Part shown: positions 1 to 8,798 of the stretch, piece by piece
Layout of the letters: each line of letters opens with the position of its first letter
Numbering within the stretch: position 1 is the stretch's first letter
From: an uncultured Candidatus Saccharibacteria bacterium
Lineage (GTDB): Bacteria; Patescibacteriota; Minisyncoccia; Minisyncoccales; CAZVLR01
Assembly: GCA_964628095.1 (NCBI GenBank)
Contig: CAZVLR010000001.1
Coordinates: forward strand, 56,777 to 120,776
DNA: 64,000 bases
Reading direction: 5' to 3'
Made by a program: the position numbers and the translations under genes
Notes under the pieces: model-generated
Seen by the model: the letters and a program-made list of their open reading frames with translations, nothing else
Databases searched by the model: none
Told to the model about the DNA's origin: nothing

Positions 1-290
1 ATCCTATTAATGGAAATTTTCAGGCATTTTTGGCATTCGTGCACCAGCATTAATTCTCCCTGTTTTTTCTTTCCGTATTTATCAAGGCCCTCCTGCTTAA
101 AAGTTAAGCCCAAGGGCACCATTTGCCCTTCGCAGATCGCTTTCCGATCGCCCGATTTTTTATCATCCAAATGAAAAGACCACAAACAAAAAGGGCAATG
201 ATTCCGGTGCTTGGTGCCAATATACTTTGAAAACTCCACAAAGCGCTTGCAGTTTGAACATTCAAAGCCGTTTTTTTTCTTCTCTTCCAT
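1..290 (-). CDS. RNHCP-domain zinc-binding protein (partial, runs off window start)
   Basis: Manual translation from ATG at 290: MEEKKKNGFECSNCKRFVEFSKYIGTKHRNHCPFCLWSFHLD...GDRKAICEGQM...HECQKC; RNHCP signature. Confidence 0.88.
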   Translation of the reverse strand, partial: MEEKKKNGFECSNCKRFVEFSKYIGTKHRNHCPFCLWSFHLDDKKSGDRKAICEGQMVPLGLTFKQEGLDKYGKKKQGELMLVHECQKCLKISINR

Positions 291-294
291 AAAT

Positions 295-1896
295 TTATTT
301 TATCGGCAATTCAATAAAAAACTTTGAGCCCTTGCCTTTGCCTTCGGATTCGGCCCAAACCCTTCCGCCGTGAAGCTCTGAAAACTTTTTAGCAATGTAC
401 AAACCCAAGCCCAGGCCCGAAGTGTCTTTTTTCTCGCCCGCTTCGCCCCGGGTAAAGCTTTCAAACATCTTTTTAATTTCTTCTTGAGTCATGCCCGCGC
501 CCGTATCTAAAACCTGGATTAAAATAGAGCCGTTTGGATATTTGGAAGAAACACTATTTAATCCGGATTTTATGGTAATTCCGCCCTGATCGGTATATTT
601 TATGCAGTTATCAATAATGTTTAAAATAACCTGGCGCAATTTTCCGGCATCGGCTGAAATTTCGGGCAAAGATGCTAATTTTTCCCATTTGATATAAAGC
701 TTTCTTTGGTCGGCCTTGATCTTCATTTCATCAATTAAAGAAGATATCATACTTTCCAAAGAAACCTTTCTGGCTTCTATTTTCAAGGTACCGCTTTCAA
801 TTCTTGATATATTCAATAAATCATTAATCAAATCAATCAGCCTTTCATTGCTTTGATACACTTTTTCCAAGGGTGGTCGGGGCTTGCCCTTAACCTGCCC
901 ATATGTGCCCTCCAAAAGCATTGATATATAGCCCTTAATAGCCGTAAGGGGCGTTCTTAACTGATGCGAAGCGATGGAAAGAAACTCTGACTTTGCCCGA
1001 GACAGCCTATCAACTTCTTCATAAAGACGTTGAAGCTCGGCCTTTTGCTTAATTTCCCTTACAACACTTTGAATTAATAAATAACCAAAATAAGAAAAAA
1101 CTAAAAATAAAACAACTTTCCATGAAAATTCTAATAAATCTTGCGCGCTAACTGCCTGCAACAATAACAGTATTGCAATAACAAAGACCAACGCCTGTGT
1201 TAAAATAACTCTTATGCCAAAGAATTCTCTTTTAACGATCGCATAAGCGATTAACATAAATAAAGGCAAGGCAGCATAATCTCCAAATTGATAATATTTG
1301 TATGTCCCCATTAAAGGAAAAACAATATTAAAAATTAAGTTCATCAATATAAAAATAAAAGCTCCAATTAAAAAGTAATTAACTCTGGCTTTTTCTTCTA
1401 ACGAAGAAAATCTATAACCCTTAACGAGTAAAATTACAACTAAAAAAGTCAAGATTATTATTCCTATAAAAAATATAAGTGCTAAATCGCCAAAAATAGT
1501 ATTAACCCCCCATTGCTCCATAGAAACATCTTTAATTATAAAAGGAGTAAAAACTGAGAGAATAAAAAATATAAAACTTGAAAAAATTACTAGAATATCT
1601 AAAAAAATAGGCGTTTTATTTTTTTGATATATAAAAATTGAAAAAAAGTAAGCGAATATATAAAAAAGTGAAACCGCTCCAAAGCGTAAACGCATAAAAT
1701 TTAAGGAGCTTGCATTCTGTAAAGAATTAGATAAATAACCAAAAATAATCCAAAAAAGAGAAAGTAGCGCCCAGCCAGCAAAAATTTGATTTATTTTAGA
1801 TTTTCGATCATTCCACAAAACAGAAACAGACAAAAAACCCATGCCAAAAACAATTAAAAAGATCAGGGATTGATTAATAAAGTTATCTGTAAACAT
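295..1896 (-). CDS. Sensor histidine kinase with multi-TM (HisKA_7TM-like) N-terminal input domain
   Basis: About 9 hydrophobic segments, then H-box SHQLRTPLTAIKGY, N-box NIIDNCIKYT, G1 DTGAG, G2 GLGLGL. Confidence 0.93.
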   Translation of the reverse strand: MFTDNFINQSLIFLIVFGMGFLSVSVLWNDRKSKINQIFAGWALLSLFWIIFGYLSNSLQNASSLNFMRLRFGAVSLFYIFAYFFSIFIYQKNKTPIFLDILVIFSSFIFFILSVFTPFIIKDVSMEQWGVNTIFGDLALIFFIGIIILTFLVVILLVKGYRFSSLEEKARVNYFLIGAFIFILMNLIFNIVFPLMGTYKYYQFGDYAALPLFMLIAYAIVKREFFGIRVILTQALVFVIAILLLLQAVSAQDLLEFSWKVVLFLVFSYFGYLLIQSVVREIKQKAELQRLYEEVDRLSRAKSEFLSIASHQLRTPLTAIKGYISMLLEGTYGQVKGKPRPPLEKVYQSNERLIDLINDLLNISRIESGTLKIEARKVSLESMISSLIDEMKIKADQRKLYIKWEKLASLPEISADAGKLRQVILNIIDNCIKYTDQGGITIKSGLNSVSSKYPNGSILIQVLDTGAGMTQEEIKKMFESFTRGEAGEKKDTSGLGLGLYIAKKFSELHGGRVWAESEGKGKGSKFFIELPIK

Positions 1897-1907
1897 AATT
1901 TAATATA

Positions 1908-2750
1908 TTATATCTTATCGGCTAAAAATAAGTAATACTTAACAAATCCCTTTTTAAAAGCACAATATTGGCTAACAACAGCTTTTGTTCCACCATGAGA
2001 TTTTTTAATCTTAAAGATTTCTGTTAATTTAAAAATGGCCCCTAAAAACTTCCCTATTTTAAAATACATTTTTTGAGAAGAAGGCAATATTTCTTTTGTT
2101 TTATCAAAATATTGTATATTTTTAAATCCAGATAATTCTAATTTATTCTTAAATTCATTAAATGTAGAAAGATTTGGCATTTCCCATCCCTTACACCATT
2201 CATCTATTAATTTTCTACCTTCATCGTTTAGGTTATCTGCTATAAAAAAATCTGCTACAAGGACTTTACCCTTAAGTTTTAAAATCCTATATGCCTCTTT
2301 AATAAAATATTCTTTTTTTTCAGCATGACAAACGCTCTCCACTGCAACAACTTTATCGAAATAATCATTTTGAAATCCTGTATCGCAGAAATCTCTAACA
2401 AAAAATTCTACTAAATTATTTATTTTTCTTTTGTTTGCTTCTTCTGTCGCAAATTTAGCCTGTTTTTCAGACAAAGTTATTCCTATTACGTTGCTACCGT
2501 AATTTTCAGCTATCCAAATACTAGTTCCGCCTACTCCGCAACCAGCATCTAAAATTTTATCGTTTTTATTAATATTTAATATTTCTGCTATTGTTTTATT
2601 TTCAGCAATAATCGCCTCGTGTAAATTTTTAATGTTTTTCTCCCAAAATCCATAATGCATACCTAGGTTCTTTTTATTAAGCCAAAAAATATTATATATC
2701 TTTTGCACTCTATCATAATGCTCTTTAATTTTTTCTTTAGATGTTTCCAT
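1908..2750 (-). CDS. Class I SAM-dependent methyltransferase, tocopherol/sterol/GPP C-methyltransferase-like
   Basis: HYD...MHYGFW N-terminal motif, ILDAGCGVGG motif I, GITLSEKQ, ESVCHA. Confidence 0.85.
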   Translation of the reverse strand: METSKEKIKEHYDRVQKIYNIFWLNKKNLGMHYGFWEKNIKNLHEAIIAENKTIAEILNINKNDKILDAGCGVGGTSIWIAENYGSNVIGITLSEKQAKFATEEANKRKINNLVEFFVRDFCDTGFQNDYFDKVVAVESVCHAEKKEYFIKEAYRILKLKGKVLVADFFIADNLNDEGRKLIDEWCKGWEMPNLSTFNEFKNKLELSGFKNIQYFDKTKEILPSSQKMYFKIGKFLGAIFKLTEIFKIKKSHGGTKAVVSQYCAFKKGFVKYYLFLADKI

Positions 2751-2751
2751 T

Positions 2752-3609
2752 TTAACTAACTTTCTTAATCAATAATAAAAAAATGGGCCAGAGAACAAAC
2801 TCTCCATCAACCAGTGTTGCCGATAAAATTTCCTGATTCTTCTGTTTTTGCGGCAAAACCTTTAAATAATAAAAAACGTAGGGTATGGCCAAAAGAAGTC
2901 CCAAGGAATAAACCGGCAAAAGATTAAAATATACTCCAAGGCCCAAGGGAATTATCGACAGAATATTAATGATATTCAGTAATTTTAACAGTTTTTCCTC
3001 TCCCAAAACAATAGCCAGGGTTTGCAATCTCTCCTTATTATCCCCTTCTACATCGGTAAGGTTTAAAAACTCCTCGTGGATAAAAAGCTTTAAATACACA
3101 AAGATTAACAATAAAAGAAGCGCCCAGGAAAAAGGAAAGGAATAATATAAAACCAAGAAAACCAGCATTAAAGCCCAGATTAAAGAAACGAAAAAGCTTT
3201 TAAAGGCCACAACCTTTCTGGTGAACTTTTTTAAAAACAAGCTGTAAAGAACGCTTAATAAAAATAACAGCAGGCCGAATAAAAGAGCTGGGATCTTATT
3301 CAAATATATTAAAATCGCCACCCCCAGCAGAAAGAAAAAGAAAATTATGTAAGGCAGGCTTTTAATGTTTTTTTTAAGATAGTGCGTCCTTTGGGGATCG
3401 GTAACCACATCCTTGTTTATTTCTTTAAAGCGGTTATACAGATAAACCGCTTCGGTCCATAAATAAACAACGACAAAAAACAATGCATCGGTTTTTATTC
3501 CTAAAACAAAAGCGGCGCCAAAAGTTAGGCCAACCGCGCCCAGAGAAAGCAGATGCCCGCCAAAAATAAAACCCTTTATGATTTTTTTTATCATCTCGCC
3601 AATTCTCAT
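2752..3609 (-). CDS. UbiA-superfamily membrane prenyltransferase
   Basis: Polytopic membrane protein with YLYNRFKEINKD...PQR and LTDVEGD..ERLQTLAIVLG motifs; start moved to ATG 3609, just after the yjbQ stop. Confidence 0.82.
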   Translation of the reverse strand: MRIGEMIKKIIKGFIFGGHLLSLGAVGLTFGAAFVLGIKTDALFFVVVYLWTEAVYLYNRFKEINKDVVTDPQRTHYLKKNIKSLPYIIFFFFLLGVAILIYLNKIPALLFGLLLFLLSVLYSLFLKKFTRKVVAFKSFFVSLIWALMLVFLVLYYSFPFSWALLLLLIFVYLKLFIHEEFLNLTDVEGDNKERLQTLAIVLGEEKLLKLLNIINILSIIPLGLGVYFNLLPVYSLGLLLAIPYVFYYLKVLPQKQKNQEILSATLVDGEFVLWPIFLLLIKKVS

Positions 3610-3611
3610 TT

Positions 3612-4055
3612 TTATTCGCCAATAATCTGCAATTGGTATTTTCTCGGCCGGGAGCGGTCCAACTCCACAAAAAACACCCGCTGCCACTGGCCAAGCTGCA
3701 AACTGCCGTCAATTATATTAAGCGTAAGATTGGGTGGAAGATAAATGGCTTTGCAGTGGGCGTGGCCATTGGCGCATTCGTTGTTGCACATATTAACCGT
3801 GCGCACTTTGAAATTATCGTGATCGTAAATTACACTTTTGGGCGCCTGCTGTTCCAGATTTTTTTTAATGTCTTCTAATAATAAAGGTTCGTTTTCGTTA
3901 AGCATTAAAGCGGTAGTGGTATGAAGCGTTTGAATATTTAATAAGCCGTTTTTGATTTGGCTTTCTTTAACAAAGCTTTTAACAATATCGGTGATGTCCA
4001 AAAAATCAAATTCGCCTTTTGTCTGATAGCTGATAGTTTTATTGAATGAATGCAT
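3612..4055 (-). CDS. yjbQ: YjbQ/UPF0047 family protein
   Basis: HTTTALMLNENE, NGHAHCKA, LGQWQRVFFVELD motifs. Confidence 0.9.
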   Translation of the reverse strand: MHSFNKTISYQTKGEFDFLDITDIVKSFVKESQIKNGLLNIQTLHTTTALMLNENEPLLLEDIKKNLEQQAPKSVIYDHDNFKVRTVNMCNNECANGHAHCKAIYLPPNLTLNIIDGSLQLGQWQRVFFVELDRSRPRKYQLQIIGE

Positions 4056-4073
4056 ACGTTTTTAAAATAATGA

Positions 4074-5108
4074 TTATTTTTGTCTCTCGACTACCAAATC
4101 GGTAATTTCCTCCAATAGCCGATTATATTTATTTTGAGGCAAAAGCTTCAAGCTGGTTTTGGTTTTCTCAACGATTTTCCGGCTGTAATTCAGCGCCCTT
4201 TCTTTGGCATGGGTTTTCTTAATTAAATTAATGGCCCGCTCAAGATTTTCTTTGGTCATCTTTTTCCTCCTAATAATCTGCCAAAACTCTTTCTTGTCTT
4301 TGGGCAAAAACTCCTGATTGGCAAAATAGATTACAATATTACCGCCTTTTCGCTCTTCAATGTCTTTGCCGATTTTCTTGCCAAACTTCTTTTCCTCTCC
4401 GAAAATGTCCAAAATGTCGTCTCTCATTTGAAAAGCTAACCCTAAATTATAGCCGTAGCTCCTAACGGCTTTTAGCTGCCGCGCATTGGCATTACCGCAT
4501 AAGGCCCCGATTTCGCAGCAAGTTTGGAATAAAATGGCGGTTTTTTTGCCCACCATTTCAAAATAATCCTTTTCGGTAATATTACGGTAACGATGCTTTA
4601 AAATATACGGCTCTTCTTCCCGGCCGGCCTGCTCAAAAAGAATATCTAAAATTTCTCCGTCGCTGATTTTCTTAAGAACTTTGGCTAAAAGCTCGGATAC
4701 TTCTACGGGTTTTTTGGAACGATTGGCTTCCTGGAAAATGGCGGCCGCATAATCAATGCTGATACACTGGGCAATGGCCTTGCCGTATTTGGCCCAGGTT
4801 GTTTTCTGCCCACGCCTTAATACGCTATTATCTATTATATCATCGATTATCAAAGAATAGTTGTGCAAAATTTCAAGGGCAGCGGCCAAACCCAAAGCGC
4901 TCCTGATGCTGCCACCGAATAATTGGCTTGATAAAATGGTCAGCGCCGGCCTGATTCTTTTGCCGCCAGACAAAATCTGATAACGCGCCAAATCCTGGAA
5001 CTTTTTATCAACGTAAAGCGTGAGTATCTTTTCGATTTCTGGCTGAATCCCCTTGGAGGTTTTGCTGAAATATTGCTCTAGATTTTTTTTATTTTTTTGC
5101 CCAGACAT
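4074..5108 (-). CDS. Short-chain polyprenyl diphosphate (FPP/GGPP) synthase
   Basis: GGKRIRP, FARM YSLIIDDIID..RRG, KTA, SARM FQMRDDILD, GKDIEE. Confidence 0.93.
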   Translation of the reverse strand: MSGQKNKKNLEQYFSKTSKGIQPEIEKILTLYVDKKFQDLARYQILSGGKRIRPALTILSSQLFGGSIRSALGLAAALEILHNYSLIIDDIIDNSVLRRGQKTTWAKYGKAIAQCISIDYAAAIFQEANRSKKPVEVSELLAKVLKKISDGEILDILFEQAGREEEPYILKHRYRNITEKDYFEMVGKKTAILFQTCCEIGALCGNANARQLKAVRSYGYNLGLAFQMRDDILDIFGEEKKFGKKIGKDIEERKGGNIVIYFANQEFLPKDKKEFWQIIRRKKMTKENLERAINLIKKTHAKERALNYSRKIVEKTKTSLKLLPQNKYNRLLEEITDLVVERQK

Positions 5109-5595
5109 ATTTTAAAGCCGGTTTTAGCCACGGAGCGTATTTTTTAGGATTTTTTGCAATGTCTTTTTTCAACTCATTAGCCCCCACCCATTTTATCGCC
5201 ACCACTTCTTTGGAATTAATTTTAATTTTACCTTCGCAAGCGCCCACAAAAACATCGCAGAGCTCGTGTTCGGCCCCGATGTTTTTATAAGAAACCTGAT
5301 AATAGAACCTGCCTTTCTTTTTTAACTGACACTGCAAACCCAGCTCGTATTTTATTCTTTTCTTAACGGCCTGAAGATTGTTTTCCCCTTTTCCCGGATG
5401 GCTGGAAAAGGAAGCTTCCCAAGAAAGCGGCCAAAGTTTTTTATACTTGCTTCTTTTTTGTATTAAAATCTGCTTTTTATTGTTAATAATAAAAGCGGTG
5501 AAAGCCCGGTGCAATAAACCTGAGTCCTGGTGGCATTTTTCCTTGCTTGCAAAACCCCGAGCCCTATTTTTTTTATCAACAAGAATTAAATTCAT
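5089..5595 (-). CDS. idi: Type 1 isopentenyl-diphosphate delta-isomerase (Nudix fold)
   Basis: KEKCH, LHRAFTAFI, QKRSKYK, SSHP, EHELCDVF, YAPW; overlaps the polyprenyl synthase gene. Confidence 0.85.
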   Translation of the reverse strand: MNLILVDKKNRARGFASKEKCHQDSGLLHRAFTAFIINNKKQILIQKRSKYKKLWPLSWEASFSSHPGKGENNLQAVKKRIKYELGLQCQLKKKGRFYYQVSYKNIGAEHELCDVFVGACEGKIKINSKEVVAIKWVGANELKKDIAKNPKKYAPWLKPALKYVWAKK

Positions 5596-5635
5596 TTTCC
5601 AATTCTATATTATTTAACTTTACCTGACAAGATTG

Positions 5636-6283
5636 CTATTTTTTCCTCGGCTTTAAACAATACTTCTTTTCTACTAAGCGGAAAAAATGAAGCAGTTCGG
5701 GATCGTCCAAAACTTCTTTGGCCCGACACACCCATAATTTGTGCTGAATTCTGCCGTATTTTTTCCAGTATTCCAGTCCCTGCAAAAGATTAATCAGTTT
5801 ATCGGCCTGACGAACAAACCGGGCCTCCTTGCTGTACCCTTTTTCGTATTCTAACCAAAGCTGGTTTATTTCCGATTTTAGAGGTGAAGGCAATTTGCAT
5901 AAAAGTTTTTTCATGGCCCTTATTTCCAGCATCTCTTTTATTTTGGCCAGTTTTTTGCGCTGCTTTAAATTGGGCCGGCCGATCACGGGCTTGGAATTGA
6001 GCACTTCTTTTATAGTGCTTCTGCCTTTTTCATCCAGGCCCATAGCGTCGTAAGGCGTAAAATCGGGCGCGTAAACCTCGCAAATATCATGAACTAAGGC
6101 CATTTTTATCGCTTTTTCGGTATTAATATTTTTCTTCTTGCCCAGGGCCCACACTAAAAAAGCCAGCTGGAAAATATGCTCGGCCGTGGTTTCAGGATTC
6201 TTTATCTTATGAATCACCCACCCTTTGCGCGCCTTGCCCTTTAATTTGCCGATTTCCAAAATAAAATTGAGATGGTTTACCAT
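5636..6283 (-). CDS. HD-domain hydrolase (YfbR/HDDC2-like)
   Basis: RKGW...ETTAEH, MALVHDICE, ADKL. Confidence 0.85.
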   Translation of the reverse strand: MVNHLNFILEIGKLKGKARKGWVIHKIKNPETTAEHIFQLAFLVWALGKKKNINTEKAIKMALVHDICEVYAPDFTPYDAMGLDEKGRSTIKEVLNSKPVIGRPNLKQRKKLAKIKEMLEIRAMKKLLCKLPSPLKSEINQLWLEYEKGYSKEARFVRQADKLINLLQGLEYWKKYGRIQHKLWVCRAKEVLDDPELLHFFRLVEKKYCLKPRKK

Positions 6284-6303
6284 AAATTTATTCCCCTTTT
6301 TAT

Positions 6304-6843
6304 TTATAAATTTCTTAGCATAATAATTTCATCTAATAATTTTCCCTTGTAAGATATCTGTTTTGAAATCCGCGCCACCGCTTTAAAGCCGTGCAGCCTA
6401 TACAGGGCCCGGGCCGGCTTGTTGTTGGGATAAACGCCCAGGTGGAGAATTTTAACATTGGGCTTCATTTTCTTTTTGGCCAGTTTAATCACCTCGCCCA
6501 TCATAAAAATACCCAGGCCGATGCCCCGGTATTCTTTTTTTATGCTAATGCCAAAATCCCCAATGTGGCTTTTCCGCCATCTGCCGGACTTAATGGTGGT
6601 AATGGCAATAATTTTATTGTTGTGCTCGGCAACCAAAGTAATTCTTTTGCTGGCTTTTGTCTGCTTTAACTGGTCTTGCAAAAAAACTTTCTCTTCTTTT
6701 AAAGATATTTCTTTGTTCATTAAAATCTTCGCGTCTTCTTTTATTAAAGAATTAATGTATTGCTGAAATTCCTTGGCTCTTTTTAGGTCTTTTTTAGAAA
6801 GCTCCCTGATAGTAATTTCTTGCTGGTTGAATGTTTTTTTCAT
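6304..6843 (-). CDS. GNAT family N-acetyltransferase
   Basis: YRGIGLG acetyl-CoA motif, NKPARALYRLHGF. Confidence 0.88.
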   Translation of the reverse strand: MKKTFNQQEITIRELSKKDLKRAKEFQQYINSLIKEDAKILMNKEISLKEEKVFLQDQLKQTKASKRITLVAEHNNKIIAITTIKSGRWRKSHIGDFGISIKKEYRGIGLGIFMMGEVIKLAKKKMKPNVKILHLGVYPNNKPARALYRLHGFKAVARISKQISYKGKLLDEIIMLRNL

Positions 6844-6874
6844 TACAATAATCTTTAATTTATTATATCACTTT

Positions 6875-8182
6875 TTAAAGCGACACTGTTAAATTATATA
6901 TGTCGCCCGCGCCCATAACCATTAGCACCTCTCCGCCTTTTAAATTGGCCTTTAAATAATCTAATATCTTTTCTTTTTTAATATAAAGAGTGTTCTCTTT
7001 TTTAATGCTTTCTACCAACTTCTCCGAACTTACTCTGTTTTTAATTTTATTGTCTTCGCGGCCGGCTACGTCATAAATATCGGTTAAGATTAACTTATCC
7101 AGGGGCAAGCCCTTTAAATTCCTGACAAAGTCCTTGAATAAAAAATATGTCCGCTGGTATTGGTGGGGCTGGAAAACCAGCCAGATCTTTTTGTTTTTGT
7201 ACTTTTCCCTGGCGCCTTCAACCGTGGCTTTCACTTCTGTGGGGTGGTGGCCGTAATCCGAAACCAAGGTTATTCTCTTTCCGGATATCTTTGTCTCCTT
7301 AACTTCAAACCTGCGCCAGGCGCCCTGATATTTGGCCAAAGAGCTCAAAATGGTTTTTTCGGGAATCTTTAAAATCTCCCCCACTCTTTTTACTGCCAAA
7401 GCGTTGGCAATATTGTGCCGGCCCGGAACTTTGAGAACTTTTTGGATCTTTTTTGCATCTTTGTCTTTTTGGGAATAATAAACAATTTTTCCCGAAAAAG
7501 ACTTAATAATCTTTTTAATATTCTGGTCGTCTTTATTAGCCACTAAAATCCCGCCCTCGGGCAAGTGATTGATATATTTTTTATAGGTTTTAATGATACT
7601 ATTCAGGTTTTTGTAAAAATCCAAGTGCTCCCTTTCCACGGTGGTTAAAACAATAATCTGGGGCCAGTAATTCAAAAATGAGGCAAAGTGTTCGTCGGCC
7701 TCAATCGCCAGGTATTTTGACTTACCTACTAAGCAATTGGAGTTATTGAATTCTTTTACTTTGGTGCCAATGATCACGCTCGGATCGAGCCCGGCGCTCT
7801 TTAGTAAAATGCCCAAAAGAGCCGTGGTGGTGCTTTTCCCGTGCGTGCCCGAAACCGCAATAGTAAAATGATTCTTGGTTAGCTCGCCCAAGGCCTGGGG
7901 ATAGCTTTTTAGCTCAACTTTTCTTTTTAAGGCCTCTCGGTATTCAGGATTATTAATTCTGACGGCCGGGCTGAAAATAACCGCATCAACGCCTTTTGGC
8001 AGGTTTTTGGCCCGGTGCGGGCCGATTTTAAGAGCAACCCCCATTTTAAAAAGAGCCTTGGTTATTTCCGAAGGCGCTAAATCTGAACCCGAAACCTTAA
8101 AGCCCTGGCATAAATAATATTTTGCCAAAGCCGAAACGCCAATGCCGCCAATACCGATAAAATATATTTTTTTGTTTTTCAT
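6875..8182 (-). CDS. murC: UDP-N-acetylmuramate--L-alanine ligase
   Basis: IGIGGIGVSALA, GTHGKSTTT, EADE, DYGHHPTEV, FQPHQYQRT. Confidence 0.95.
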   Translation of the reverse strand: MKNKKIYFIGIGGIGVSALAKYYLCQGFKVSGSDLAPSEITKALFKMGVALKIGPHRAKNLPKGVDAVIFSPAVRINNPEYREALKRKVELKSYPQALGELTKNHFTIAVSGTHGKSTTTALLGILLKSAGLDPSVIIGTKVKEFNNSNCLVGKSKYLAIEADEHFASFLNYWPQIIVLTTVEREHLDFYKNLNSIIKTYKKYINHLPEGGILVANKDDQNIKKIIKSFSGKIVYYSQKDKDAKKIQKVLKVPGRHNIANALAVKRVGEILKIPEKTILSSLAKYQGAWRRFEVKETKISGKRITLVSDYGHHPTEVKATVEGAREKYKNKKIWLVFQPHQYQRTYFLFKDFVRNLKGLPLDKLILTDIYDVAGREDNKIKNRVSSEKLVESIKKENTLYIKKEKILDYLKANLKGGEVLMVMGAGDIYNLTVSL

Positions 8183-8739
8183 CAGTCTTTTAAAGGAATT
8201 GATTCTAAGATAAAATATTCCGGACCTTGCGGCCGCAATTTGCTTTCCATGATTTCAATGGAATTTACGGGAAAGCTTAACGATATTTCTTCATTAACTT
8301 CGGGCAATGCCTCCTGGTCCATTTGTTTAAACTGCCACTGTTTGATTCTAGCTAAGGTAATATGTGGCGCATAACCCTTGTTTTCTTTTTGAAAAGAAGT
8401 CTGCTCGATTAAAGCCTTTTCTAAGTCTTTTTGTAGCTGGCCCAATTCCAAGCTTTCTTCTCCTTTTACCCAAACCATTCGGGGTGGCTTTTTAGGCGGA
8501 CCGTAAAGTATGCTTTTTAAAATTAGAAAAAAGGGGCTGTTTTTTTGCACCACCCGCTCGACAATTTTGCAGATTTCGGGAATTTCGGCTTCGGCCACGT
8601 TTCCTAAAAAAACCAGCGTAATGTGCAGGTTTTCTTTTTTGGTCCATTTGGCCGGTATCTCTTCTAACCGTTCCTGGTATAAATTAAGCTTTTGCTTAAT
8701 ATTTTCGGGCAAATTAATAGCGATAAAAATACGATGCAT
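8182..8739 (-). CDS. thpR: RNA 2',3'-cyclic phosphodiesterase (2H phosphoesterase)
   Basis: Two HxT motifs (HITLVFLG, PHITLAR); N-terminal RIFIAI. Confidence 0.92.
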   Translation of the reverse strand: MHRIFIAINLPENIKQKLNLYQERLEEIPAKWTKKENLHITLVFLGNVAEAEIPEICKIVERVVQKNSPFFLILKSILYGPPKKPPRMVWVKGEESLELGQLQKDLEKALIEQTSFQKENKGYAPHITLARIKQWQFKQMDQEALPEVNEEISLSFPVNSIEIMESKLRPQGPEYFILESIPLKD

Positions 8740-8798
8740 ATCTGTTTGAATCTTATCATAAATTAAGCTAAAATTAAAGGAGAAAAAGCTTTAAATCT

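Noticed and set aside
2752-5108. Archaeal-type ether lipid pathway (GGPP synthase plus DGGGP synthase)
   Set aside because: No GGGP synthase, G1P dehydrogenase or geranylgeranyl reductase in the window, and the UbiA motifs are not clearly DGGGPS-like; cannot be excluded genome-wide.
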